Shown here in pieces: positions 18,916 through 28,115 of a stretch of DNA of 64,000 bases. The notes beneath the pieces are model-generated. The model did no database searches and was not told the origin of the DNA. It saw only the letters and a list, made by a program, of their open reading frames with translations. The stretch's first letter is position 1, and the number at the start of each line of letters is the position of its first letter. Source of the DNA: an uncultured Acidobacteriota bacterium (GTDB lineage Bacteria; Acidobacteriota; Thermoanaerobaculia; Multivoradales; UBA5704). The position numbers and the translations under genes are program-made. The stretch covers positions 194,778-258,777 of the forward strand of contig CAWBWZ010000021.1 in assembly GCA_963792575.1 (NCBI GenBank). The letters run 5' to 3'.

Positions 18916-20385
18916 ATGGCCCATAAACCTACTTTGCGGCAGTTAATGGTGTCGTTCCTAGCTCTACGGAGGGACCTCAGCCATAAAGAAATCGGCGCTG
19001 CCGCTGGTATCCCTCAGAAGCGGGTGTCCCTTTACCTCCGTCGTGGAGAGATCCCGGATGAAGCCCTGGAGAAGATGATGGCCGCTCTGGAGTGTTCCCC
19101 GGCAGCCGTGCTCACCGTGACGGCTTGCCTGGAATCTCTGGAGGCTCTGGAGAGCGAGCCAGACCTAACTGAGGAAGAGAAGGCGGAAATCGCTGACGCG
19201 CTGCTCCGAGTTGGCCGCCAGGTCCGCGAGGGGCTCATCGAGGCCGCTCGGCATTCCCGGACCGTCCGCTCCTCCTCCGAAGAGAAACCCGACCTCCAAG
19301 CCCTTGCTTACGATCGGCAGCGAGCGGCCGAGTTGTTCCGGCGGCTGGACGGTCTTCCTGAAGGGCTCCGTTTGGCGGTGGTCGAGGTGGCCGAGGAGTG
19401 CCAGAGTTGGGCCTTGTGCGAGCGGGTCTGCGAGGCGTCGGTCCGCGAAGCTTCCCGAGACGTTGAGCAGGCGGCGGCGTGGGCTCATCTGGCTCAGCAG
19501 ATCGCTGAGCGGGTCCCAGGCTTCGGGGAGTGGCGAAATTGCCTCCGGGGCTATGCGGCGGCCCATGTTGCCAACGTTCTGAGGATCTCCGGTGACTTAA
19601 GATCCGCCGAGACCGCCTTTGAAGGGGCTAAGCGCCTGTGGCAGGCGGGCTCCGATCCTGCAAATTTGCTCGATCCAGGGCGGCTACTGCACCTGGAAGG
19701 TGCGTTGAGGAGGGATCAGCGCCGCCTCCCTGAAGCCGTGGCCCTCCTCGACGAGGCCGCCGCCGTAGGGCGCACCCCTGAGCGAGCCTTGCTCCAAAAA
19801 GGCTACACCCTCGAAGTCATGGGAGAGTACGAGAGAGCCGTTGAGACGCTTCTTCGCGCCGCTCCCCTGGTAATTCAGCAAGGCGATTCGCGGCTTGAGA
19901 GCATTCTCTCCGGCAACCTCGCGCTGAACTACTGTCATCTGGGCCGTTTTGAGGAAGCGGCACTGCTGGCGAACCGGGTACGCGCTGCCGCTCTAGAATC
20001 CGGCGACGAGATCGAAGCCCTGCGCATGACCTGGGTACAAGGTCGCATCGCAGCAGGACTCGCAAGGAACGAGGAGGCGCGGAGCCTGCTGGCCCAGGCC
20101 CGGCGAGGGTTCGCCGCCCGCCGGATGGAGTACGACGTGGCGTTGGCCCTGCTGGAAGAGTCCGCCCTGCTCCTCGACGAGGGAAGGGCGGCCGAGGTCA
20201 AGCTCCTGGCCCGCGAACTGGCCGTCCTGTTCGAGGGCAAAGGGGTACATCGGGAGGCCCTGGCCGCTCTAAGGCTCTTCCAAGAGGCCGCCGAGCAGGA
20301 GCAAGCAACGGCCGAGCTGGCCCGCCGGGTGCTCGGGTATCTCTTCCGCGCCCGTCACGACTCGGACCTCCGGTTCGTGTCATGA
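18916..20385 (+). CDS. HTH-TPR protein, paralog 1
   Basis: N-terminal HTH-like segment (SHKEIGAAAGIPQKRVSLYLRRGEIPDEALEKMMAAL). The C-terminal ~360 aa are TPR-like helical repeats, about 90% or more identical to 20722..22149. Confidence 0.7.
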   Translation: MAHKPTLRQLMVSFLALRRDLSHKEIGAAAGIPQKRVSLYLRRGEIPDEALEKMMAALECSPAAVLTVTACLESLEALESEPDLTEEEKAEIADALLRVGRQVREGLIEAARHSRTVRSSSEEKPDLQALAYDRQRAAELFRRLDGLPEGLRLAVVEVAEECQSWALCERVCEASVREASRDVEQAAAWAHLAQQIAERVPGFGEWRNCLRGYAAAHVANVLRISGDLRSAETAFEGAKRLWQAGSDPANLLDPGRLLHLEGALRRDQRRLPEAVALLDEAAAVGRTPERALLQKGYTLEVMGEYERAVETLLRAAPLVIQQGDSRLESILSGNLALNYCHLGRFEEAALLANRVRAAALESGDEIEALRMTWVQGRIAAGLARNEEARSLLAQARRGFAARRMEYDVALALLEESALLLDEGRAAEVKLLARELAVLFEGKGVHREALAALRLFQEAAEQEQATAELARRVLGYLFRARHDSDLRFVS

Positions 20386-20595
20386 ACGGCCGAAGGGGTC
20401 CAGCCCGGGACCGGCTTCAGTCGCGGGGGCTGGAGTCGTTGCGCCGGATGGGTCCAAGCCAGGGCCTTCCTTCTCTTGGATTGCCGGGGCTGAAGCCTCG
20501 CCGGTTCCGGATGCGAGGTTCCAAAGCCGGGAGAGGACGCTGGAAGGAGCCAGGAGGTACGCGGCCAGGGTGAGGGCCAAGAGAGTGCCGTGCAT
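20380..20595 (-). CDS. Possible small secreted peptide (71 aa) with a GPGLDP(S/F)G repeat
   Basis: MHGTLLALTLAAYLLAPSSVL looks like a signal peptide. GGAG lies about 8 nt upstream of the ATG. The stop overlaps the stop of the HTH-TPR gene (TCATGA). No homology evidence. Confidence 0.35.
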   Translation of the reverse strand: MHGTLLALTLAAYLLAPSSVLSRLWNLASGTGEASAPAIQEKEGPGLDPSGATTPAPATEAGPGLDPFGRS

Positions 20596-20721
20596 AGGAA
20601 AGATCTCCACGCAGCTCCGGCCACAGGTCCATAAGGGTCCCCGGGGGGCCGCGTCCGTAATCTTAGGTGCCGATCCTCGCCAGAGATGTGAAATTTCATC
20701 ATTTTTGTCAGCGGGAGACGT

Positions 20722-22149
20722 ATGAGCCGAGAGCACATCATGGCGCGACTGCTTCGCGCACTGTCCGGTAAGACTCAACGGCAGTTCGGGAAGGAGGTCG
20801 GAATCGATCCCTCTCTGGTAGCGGATTTTGAGCTCGGCACAGGGGTCCCCAGCCGGGAGTATCTCGAGCGCATGGCGGCAGCCGTGGGGCTCACCGTTTC
20901 ATCTACGGAAGACGCGTTGCGCTTTCTGGATTCGCTCCGCAGACCCCGCCAGAGGAGGGGTGCGGGCGTGGAGCCCCTCCTGGAGGGAATCGCGCGAGGA
21001 GTCCGCTCCGAAGTAGAAGACGCCTACCGGCGGCTGCTTACTCTCCGCTTGCCGGACGCGCTCCCCCGAGGTGAAGACCGACAGCGGGCGGGCGAGTTGT
21101 TCCGGCGATTAGAGGGTCTTTCTCAAGTGGCCCGTTTGGCGGTGGTCGAGGTGGCCGAGGACTGCCAGGTTTGGGCCTTATGCGAGCGGGTCTGCGAGGC
21201 GTCAGTCCGCGAAGCTTCCCGCAACGTGGAGCAGGCGGCGGCGTGGGCTCATCTCGCGCAGCAGATCGCGGAGCGGGTCCCAGGCCCCGAGGCTTGGCGC
21301 AATCGCCTTCGGGGCTATGCGGCGGCCCATTTAGCCAACGCCTTAAGGGTTTCCGGGGATCTGGGCTTCAGTGAAATCACCCTGGAAAAAGCCAAGTGCT
21401 TATGGCAGGCGGGCTCCGATCCTGCAAATTTGCTCGATCCAGGGCGGCTACTGCACCTGGAAGGTGCATTGAGGAGGGATCAGCGCCGCCTCTCTGAAGC
21501 CGTGGCCCTCCTCGACGAGGCCGCCGCCGTAGGGCGCACCCCTGAGCGAGCCTTGCTCCAAAAAGGCTACACCCTCGAAGTCATGGGAGAGTACGAGAGA
21601 GCCGTTGAGACGCTTCTTCGCGCCGCTCCCCTGGTAATTCAGCAAGGCGATTCGCGGCTTGAGAGCATTCTCTCCGGCAACCTCGCGCTGAACTACTGTC
21701 ATCTGGGCCGTTTTGAGGAAGCGGCGCTGCTGGCGAACCGGGTATGCGCTACCGCTCTAGAGACGGGAGACGAGATTGAAGCCCTGCGCATGACCTGGGT
21801 TCAGGGTCGCATCGCGGCGGGACTCGGAAGGAACGAGGAGGCGCGGAGCCTGCTGGCCCAGGCGCGGCGAGGGTTTGCCGCCCGCCAGATGGAGTACGAC
21901 GTGGCGTTGGCCCTGTTGGAAGAGTCCGCCCTTCTCCTCGGCGAGGGACGGGCGGCCGAGGTTAAGCTCCTGGCCCGCGAGCTGGCCGCCCTGTTCGACG
22001 GTAAAGGGGTGCATCGGGAGGCCCTGGCCGCTCTGCGGCTCTTCCAAGAGGCCGCTGAGCAGGAGTATGCGACGGCCGAGCTGGCCCGTAGGGTGCTCGG
22101 GTATCTCTTCCGCGCCCGCCACGACCCGGACCTCCGGTTTCCGTCATGA
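20722..22149 (+). CDS. HTH-TPR protein, paralog 2
   Basis: XRE-like HTH (LLRALSGKTQRQFGKEVGIDPSLVADFELGTGVPSREYLERMAAAVGL) plus a TPR region near-identical to paralog 1. Nucleotides 21420-21715 look identical to 19660-19950. Confidence 0.7.
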   Translation: MSREHIMARLLRALSGKTQRQFGKEVGIDPSLVADFELGTGVPSREYLERMAAAVGLTVSSTEDALRFLDSLRRPRQRRGAGVEPLLEGIARGVRSEVEDAYRRLLTLRLPDALPRGEDRQRAGELFRRLEGLSQVARLAVVEVAEDCQVWALCERVCEASVREASRNVEQAAAWAHLAQQIAERVPGPEAWRNRLRGYAAAHLANALRVSGDLGFSEITLEKAKCLWQAGSDPANLLDPGRLLHLEGALRRDQRRLSEAVALLDEAAAVGRTPERALLQKGYTLEVMGEYERAVETLLRAAPLVIQQGDSRLESILSGNLALNYCHLGRFEEAALLANRVCATALETGDEIEALRMTWVQGRIAAGLGRNEEARSLLAQARRGFAARQMEYDVALALLEESALLLGEGRAAEVKLLARELAALFDGKGVHREALAALRLFQEAAEQEYATAELARRVLGYLFRARHDPDLRFPS

Positions 22150-22310
22150 ACGGCCTAAGGGGTCCAACCCGGAGCCGCCGTCAGCCGGAGGCGCTGGTCG
22201 CTGCCTGCTTCGCTGGTCAGCGTCAGTAGCACCGCAGCGAGCAGACGAGCTGCTCCGGTCAGCCTGCTCCACTGCGACCGAGGGCCGCTGCGTGTAGTGA
22301 CAGCAAAACG

Positions 22311-25300
22311 TCAGCGGTCCAGACGCCGCAGTTCCTCGGAAAGACCTAGAAAATGGTGTCGTTCCATCTCGTCAATGAGATCGAGACACCTGGACTGAAT
22401 CGTACGATCCTCAGTCTGAGCATAGAGACGTACCACTATTTTCGAGAGCTCCATGGCAACCGCGGCGCCTGCGCTGGATATATCTCCTGCCACATCGCGG
22501 TTAGCATCAATACACCTTTCGACACATGAGCAAACTAGATCAGGAAGCTGGACCGATGAGCTTTCAAGTGCCCGAACCACCGGCTCCAGAGCAGTTCGTC
22601 CTGGAGAGGTACCTAAAAATGCTGAGAGTAGTTCGGCTTGATCTCTTGACGAGAGGCCTGCTAGGTGTTCAAAGGCGGAAGCCGCCTTCGCACGAACCGA
22701 GTCATCCGGGTCGGCGAAGAAGGGTTTAAGTAGTTGAAGGCACGTAGGGCCGACAATGTCGTGCGCTATGTTGGACGAATAGACCTCTGCGGCAGCAGCC
22801 CGCATTATCGGATTGCCGTTTCGAACTCGTTCCGCATCCGGTTTCGCAGACTCGACATCCAAAGCAAGAAGCGTGACCTGTCGTGCGGCCGCTGCCATGA
22901 CTTCGGGTGAGGGTGATTTCAACATTGCCTCAATGACCGGATAAACTGCGACAAAATCTCTATAACCAGCGTAATGGATAAAGCTCTCTACGTATGGAGT
23001 CTCTAGCATCACCGAATCGACCGACACACACTCGCAGAACCAGCAGATTGCTCTTGCAGCGTCTAGATCCAACATGGCGAGCAGTGTCTCGACCGCACAG
23101 GAGCGAACAGCGATCGAGCTATCAATAGATAGGCTACGCACAGCCTCCAGCAATCGCTCAAGCTTCTCGGGCTGCTTTGATAATAGAAGCGCGATCGAAT
23201 CAGCAACAGTACCACGTATAGAGTTGATACCTGCACTGTGAGGACATCCACCATGGTAAGGTTGTCCATTCGGAGCAAGTGTTCTCCAAGTCTCCGTGTC
23301 CGGATCTGGATCATTAAGCGCATACCAAGCAAGGACGTCGATAACTTCCTCGGGCCAGAGGTAATCATTCCACTTTTTGATCAGCCACGCAATCTCATTT
23401 CCGCAAGGCCTTCCGGGAAGCCCATGAACCCGCCGAACAAGGGAGACAATTCTGGCCTGCGAGACCGGCGCTGCCGAGGAACGATTATCACAGGCAACGC
23501 TTTCTGCAACCCCCCTCAAAATGGCCGAGAAGTAGCTGGCCGGAAAGTCGTTGGGTATCTGTTCAGCGAGTTTTAAAAATCTTTCTGGATCGAGTTTCGT
23601 TTGAGCCGTCAATAATTGGGCGAGCTGTGGCTCCCCTCCGGATCGGAAATACTCTGGAGTGAGTCTATTTCGTCGCGCGTACTTATTCATGGCCCGAACC
23701 CAGTGGGCATCTAACATCTTACTCGCGCCGTCAGCAGAAATAGGAGATGGAATTCCAATAGATACACGTGGTGAAGTAGGAGGATCGTGCCGCTCCAAGG
23801 GAAACTTTCTCTGAAGCTCCGCGAGTCTCGCCTTTCTCACAGAGCCAAGTCGGGAGAAGTCGAGGGACCGTAGCAACTCTAACTGCATCAGGCCGCGCAT
23901 CTTTGGATACTTGGCTTCAAACTTATCCTGTAATGAGATGATCGCGTGCTCGAGTGCCTCGAATTGTGCTGTCGTGCACGTCGCTGAAGCCGCACGTACG
24001 GCCGAGGCTGAAGTATGGATGGCTGGCGACCCGCCGCTGCCGCTCCATGAGCTATACCCTATCTTTAGCCGACGAGGGTCCGCAGCCAGAAATTCGGCCA
24101 AGCGGTCTGCGTAAGACTCTGGCGCAGCGGTCCATGCGCGTAGCACAAGATACGTAATTGTATTATGCCCCCTATTTAGGTATGGCGCGAGCAGCCGATC
24201 AAGGTCAGCCGGAGCAGCCTTCGCCAGTGTCGCTAAAGCCCGGGCCAGGCATGAAAGGAGTGCTGCGGAGTTTTGAATAACAGAGCCACCAAAATGGCGG
24301 CGGGACCAGAGGGGATCGAAATCAAGGCCATCATCAACCGCAATGGCGGTTTCCTCAATGAAGCTTGCGACGCGAGGAAGAACCTGCTCTACATAGCTAA
24401 GCGTTGATTGGGCAGCGCTTTGAATAATAATGCCCCCGCTTCCAGTGTTGAGCCTTCGTGAAAGCTGATCGATGCTGGGCCGAGCGCCTCCTAGCCCGTC
24501 CTCACTTTTCCATCTGATAATTGTACGATCAAACCAATGGCCGATCACTTGGCAAGCTAATTCCGGCTGCTCATGAGCAACCGAGTAGAGCACAGACCAC
24601 CAATCGTCATTCACTGCGAACCCAGGGCGCAAATCATCGAGTGTGCCGTCATTGATCAAAGCCAGGAAAAATTCAAACATCTCTCGGCTATAGAACACTT
24701 GGCCATTGCGGCAAACAAATCGCAAATATTGATTCCACGGATCTCCTGGTTTGCGGTACAGCCGCAAGAGAGCGGCGATGCGGCCCGACCGCTCTTTCAA
24801 AAGTTCGGAGGAGCTTAGCATCCACACTACCTCCTCTTGCCGTTGCGCGCTCTCAACCGACAAAGCAGTGTCAAAGAATTCCTCAGAATCAAGGACATCA
24901 AACCAACTCGGACGTCCAGCTGTGATGCCACGAATATGTGGACTAAGCTCCCCATTTGACCGGAGCACCTTTTTGAGCACTAGCCATTCTTCCTGTCTTG
25001 GATCTACCAGCGATGATAACCAATCGAACACCAGTCGCTTGATATGGAAGCGCACCCCCGAGTGCGCTATGACTCTCTCAAGCTCGTCGAGATACCGACG
25101 CCATTCGTGAGCCCGCAGATAAGAGAGCACTTGGCGCACCTGACCGCGACGAAATAAATGCTGCTCGGCACCGAAGAGAAGGCACAGAAGGTCATCGCCT
25201 CTAGCCACCCACCTTCGAGCGAAAGCGTAATCAAAGAATGATTCATGAAAGAACTGATATTTATGGTCGGTTAAGTTCAGAATATGCTCCGAGAGCATTG

Positions 25301-26936
25301 CTCGCGCATCAGAAGATAAGTCGTCGAGAATATATTCTGGAGCAGATAATTGCTGGTTCTCGCTGAGCCAGGTCGCGATTTTGTCGATCACCTGAGTCCA
25401 CGCTGCCTTGCGCCCAAGCCTTTGGTCAACGCGACGTTCGCTCTCAACCCAAAATTTGTCGAACAGACCGTCCTTGCTCAGAATACACTCTCGGTCGCTC
25501 GGAGCCAAGTCAAGGAACATAGATAGGTGGAGAGGATTCGTGAGGATGGTCTTGAGCGAAGGATCTACGGAGCTAGGTTTCATGCTTGCACCGAGTAAAG
25601 CGCCGTCAACTTGCTCTATAGTGAGAGGCTTGACGGTTACGACTGCGAAACCAGACTGATCTGCTTTCATCGTGCGTATCCGGTGATCATGCTCTAGATC
25701 GAATTCGCGGCAGCCCACTATCAAGGACATTCGAGGAGATCGATCTATCTCGCGCCAAAGGTCGTCAAAAAGGGACCAAAGGTCCGCTCGCCTGCCAGAG
25801 GCAATGCTAATGGCATCAAGCTGGTCAATGACTAGAACGGAAGGAGCGCCGGAAGCGACGCCCGCAAGGGTAAGTACCGGCGATTCAGGGAGAAGTAGCT
25901 TCCGGCCCAGTTCCGTTGTAGTGAGAATCCCTTCAGGTAGTTGGTCGAACCGAATCGGTATCACAGGCACATGGAGGGCCCGCAGGTGCTCGACTACGGC
26001 TGCTAGGGTTGTGCTTTTGCCAGCACCTGCTCCGCCGACCACAAGCGACTTTGCGTTTGATAGGTGGCCATCGAAACTCAGCAGAGACTCTGCCCCGGGT
26101 AATGGCAGTAAAGACCCATTAATGAGGCGAGAGCGCTGCGACAGCGTGTATGACTCACACATATCTTCTATTCGATCCAACACTGACTTGTCCGCCGACC
26201 ACTCGCGCAGCCGAATTCCGTGATTGGCTAATTTCCCAAGAATCGTGACTTTGTCGAGTGGCTTGTGGATATTGTCGAGGAGCAATTCAGATAGATGTCC
26301 TCGTATCTCAGCTACATTCAGCGAGCCATCCACTGAATAGAAGAGCTTTCGGGTCGCAAAGTCGACACGTCCACGAAGCTGAACCTCATTGGATACAGAT
26401 ATCCGAGTCCGCCTGAGGAAGGTTAGCGCACGTTCGAGATCATTGCTGCAGAGTGGTAGAATGTATTTTCTGAACGCAGCATTCAGCTTTGCAGAGCGAC
26501 TAAGTCGAGCGTCTAGATCTGCTTTGTCGATGGAAAAGGTCCGAAGTTCCTCGAGGTCGCGAGCGCCCTGAGCTGAAGCGAAGACAGCGTAAGAACTGGG
26601 CTCCATCTCAACGTGGCGTAGAAGGTCGCCCAAGATCGTTCTGCCCCTCTTGTCTTGGCTGGTTAGGATGCTTAGGGTCCACCCCTCTGCTTTCGTCGTT
26701 TGGCTCTTGACTGACCAGTATTCTTTTGTATTGCCGTCGGTGTAAACGACAAACTCAACTCCTCGCGCCTCATCTTGGTCGAGAGGTTCTAAGATTAAAT
26801 GGTGTGCGGAGCCATCGACGATCCGCAGGAGCTGATCGATCGCCCATGAAGTTTCATAACGATTGCCGAGCTTGTCGGCGGCACCACCGCTAACCGGCAT
26901 GACAGGTGTGCTCGCAGCGGCCGAAGGTGCGCTCAA
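22311..26936 (-). CDS. STAND NTPase (NACHT-like): N-terminal Cap4/DUF4297-like PD-(D/E)xK nuclease domain, C-terminal HEAT/ARM repeats
   Basis: Intact 1541-aa ORF with G+C about 50%. The N-terminus GGAADKLGNRYETSWAIDQLL..LEPLDQDE..VEFVV..WSVKSQ resembles DUF4297/Cap4 nuclease. Walker A is LVVGGAGAGKST, Walker B is VLVIDQLDAIS, and SLIVGCREFD sits at the NACHT hhhTSR position. C-terminal HEAT-like repeats include IAVRSCAVETLLAMLD, PEVMAAAARQVTLLALD and DDSVRAKAASAFEHLA. Confidence 0.75.
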   Translation of the reverse strand: MSAPSAAASTPVMPVSGGAADKLGNRYETSWAIDQLLRIVDGSAHHLILEPLDQDEARGVEFVVYTDGNTKEYWSVKSQTTKAEGWTLSILTSQDKRGRTILGDLLRHVEMEPSSYAVFASAQGARDLEELRTFSIDKADLDARLSRSAKLNAAFRKYILPLCSNDLERALTFLRRTRISVSNEVQLRGRVDFATRKLFYSVDGSLNVAEIRGHLSELLLDNIHKPLDKVTILGKLANHGIRLREWSADKSVLDRIEDMCESYTLSQRSRLINGSLLPLPGAESLLSFDGHLSNAKSLVVGGAGAGKSTTLAAVVEHLRALHVPVIPIRFDQLPEGILTTTELGRKLLLPESPVLTLAGVASGAPSVLVIDQLDAISIASGRRADLWSLFDDLWREIDRSPRMSLIVGCREFDLEHDHRIRTMKADQSGFAVVTVKPLTIEQVDGALLGASMKPSSVDPSLKTILTNPLHLSMFLDLAPSDRECILSKDGLFDKFWVESERRVDQRLGRKAAWTQVIDKIATWLSENQQLSAPEYILDDLSSDARAMLSEHILNLTDHKYQFFHESFFDYAFARRWVARGDDLLCLLFGAEQHLFRRGQVRQVLSYLRAHEWRRYLDELERVIAHSGVRFHIKRLVFDWLSSLVDPRQEEWLVLKKVLRSNGELSPHIRGITAGRPSWFDVLDSEEFFDTALSVESAQRQEEVVWMLSSSELLKERSGRIAALLRLYRKPGDPWNQYLRFVCRNGQVFYSREMFEFFLALINDGTLDDLRPGFAVNDDWWSVLYSVAHEQPELACQVIGHWFDRTIIRWKSEDGLGGARPSIDQLSRRLNTGSGGIIIQSAAQSTLSYVEQVLPRVASFIEETAIAVDDGLDFDPLWSRRHFGGSVIQNSAALLSCLARALATLAKAAPADLDRLLAPYLNRGHNTITYLVLRAWTAAPESYADRLAEFLAADPRRLKIGYSSWSGSGGSPAIHTSASAVRAASATCTTAQFEALEHAIISLQDKFEAKYPKMRGLMQLELLRSLDFSRLGSVRKARLAELQRKFPLERHDPPTSPRVSIGIPSPISADGASKMLDAHWVRAMNKYARRNRLTPEYFRSGGEPQLAQLLTAQTKLDPERFLKLAEQIPNDFPASYFSAILRGVAESVACDNRSSAAPVSQARIVSLVRRVHGLPGRPCGNEIAWLIKKWNDYLWPEEVIDVLAWYALNDPDPDTETWRTLAPNGQPYHGGCPHSAGINSIRGTVADSIALLLSKQPEKLERLLEAVRSLSIDSSIAVRSCAVETLLAMLDLDAARAICWFCECVSVDSVMLETPYVESFIHYAGYRDFVAVYPVIEAMLKSPSPEVMAAAARQVTLLALDVESAKPDAERVRNGNPIMRAAAAEVYSSNIAHDIVGPTCLQLLKPFFADPDDSVRAKAASAFEHLAGLSSRDQAELLSAFLGTSPGRTALEPVVRALESSSVQLPDLVCSCVERCIDANRDVAGDISSAGAAVAMELSKIVVRLYAQTEDRTIQSRCLDLIDEMERHHFLGLSEELRRLDR

Positions 26937-27707
26937 TTATCGAAGAATTTTGGCTCACCGTGACCCCTTCGAGAGTCAATTCCAATTACCATGATAGCCG
27001 TAAACAAGGCGTGAGGCAAGGGCGAGACTCGAAATCGGCCAGTCCCGTCCAAGCGGCTGAGCAGCGCTGCCCCGCACGCGAGCGTCTAGGAACGCACGCC
27101 GTGTCGCTCGGTTCCGCGCTGACCAGCAGCGCCGGCGCGCCGTGCGGGAAACACTCGGACAGACTAACTTTTGCGAGCGGGTATTGGGCCTGGGCAAGGA
27201 AGCGTAGCGAACCGATGGCGCGGGCGGTCTACCCCTGGCTGCTCAGGGAGGCGGCCCTCCCCCCGTCCGTCTCCGCTAGGCCGTGCCGCCCCCTCCGAGC
27301 GAGGCGCGGAAGGGGCCCCTCTGCGGGTCAGCGCTGCCGTCGGCGCCCGCGTGCGCCGCACGATGCGCGCACGCCTCAACGCCGCCGCAATGCTGACGTC
27401 CGGTGTCTCCGCAAGCCCCGCGAAGCCTTGTCCGGAGGCGCGTCCATAATCTCAGGGCTCCGCCGATCGGGCCTCCCCGCAATACCACGCTCTGGATAGC
27501 GCTGGCGAGTCTCCCGGTTCCAACGGCCCGGCGAGCCGCTCTGAGCGTCGCCGCTGGTCCTCCCACGTTCGGGGCGGGCGTCTTGGAGTGATCGCCTGTC
27601 CGTTCGGCAGTCTCACTGGCGCCGCCCGCTGATCGGCCGCCGCGAACGACTCAGCCACTTTCCAGGTGAGAGAGGAGGGGAGCGAAGGTGTAGCGCGCCG
27701 CTACCTC

Positions 27708-27945
27708 TAGCGCTCACGGCGCGCTCGGGCGGCGCACTCTATGGGCTGGCTACGGGGAGGCACCGGCGCCCCGCAGGACCGGCGTCCTGGTGAGGCGCTT
27801 TTGCCAGCGCACTGGAGCGAAGGCAGCGGCGCTCACGGCGCTCGGGCAGCGCCGACTCGCTAAATAGCCGAGCTGCCGGAGGTGTCCGCAGTGGAAAGGC
27901 ACCGGGCGGCAGGGTATATATAGACCCGCAGGACCGGCGTCCTAC
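27708..27945. repeat. About 120-bp direct repeat (2 copies) with a CAGGAC-CGGC-GTCCT hairpin, near the right end of the island
   Basis: GCGCTCACGGCGC(G)CTCGGGC(G/A)GCGC...GGCACCGG...CCCGCAGGACCGGCGTCCT occurs at 27708-27795 and 27828-27945. Confidence 0.6.
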
Positions 27946-28011
27946 CTACTCACTACCTATTTTCACGCACCGGCCGTCTAAACCATGCCATTTCAATCGT
28001 TTACGAATACC

Positions 28012-28074
28012 CTTCCCTCCTCTCCCGGTCGGGGGGAGTGCGGTGGGAGAAGAGGGCCGGGGTGATGAGGGGCC
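28012..28074. repeat. REP-like GC-rich palindromic element (family 1), complete copy at the right island junction
   Basis: CTTCCCTCCTCTCCCGGTCGGGGGGAGTGCGGTGGGAGAAGAGGGCCGGGGTGATGAGGGGCC is near-identical in its right half to 31439-31503. Confidence 0.65.
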
Positions 28075-28115
28075 GCAGGCCACCACCGCCCCCGGCGTCA
28101 GGGTCTGGCTTTTCG

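Larger units (their letters stand above)
5705..28011. mobile_element. Putative integrative mobilizable element (about 22 kb genomic island)
   Basis: Integrase at the left edge, AlpA-like gene, MobC + relaxase, and no conjugation machinery. Coding G+C is visibly lower (about 45-55% in sampled lines) than in the flanking core genes (about 70%). It is bounded by copies of the REP left arm. Boundaries are approximate. Confidence 0.6.

Noticed and set aside
20198-22147. ORFs antisense to the 3' ends of both HTH-TPR paralogs (20198..20383, 21962..22147, 19684..19938, 21448..21702).
   Set aside because: They are duplicated only because the TPR genes are duplicated. Low-complexity sequence with no independent signals.
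26906-27658. ORFs 26906..27499, 27171..27449 and 27276..27566 in the GC-rich tract upstream of the STAND gene.
   Set aside because: Overlapping, low-complexity Arg/Ala/Pro translations on both strands. Treated as non-coding.
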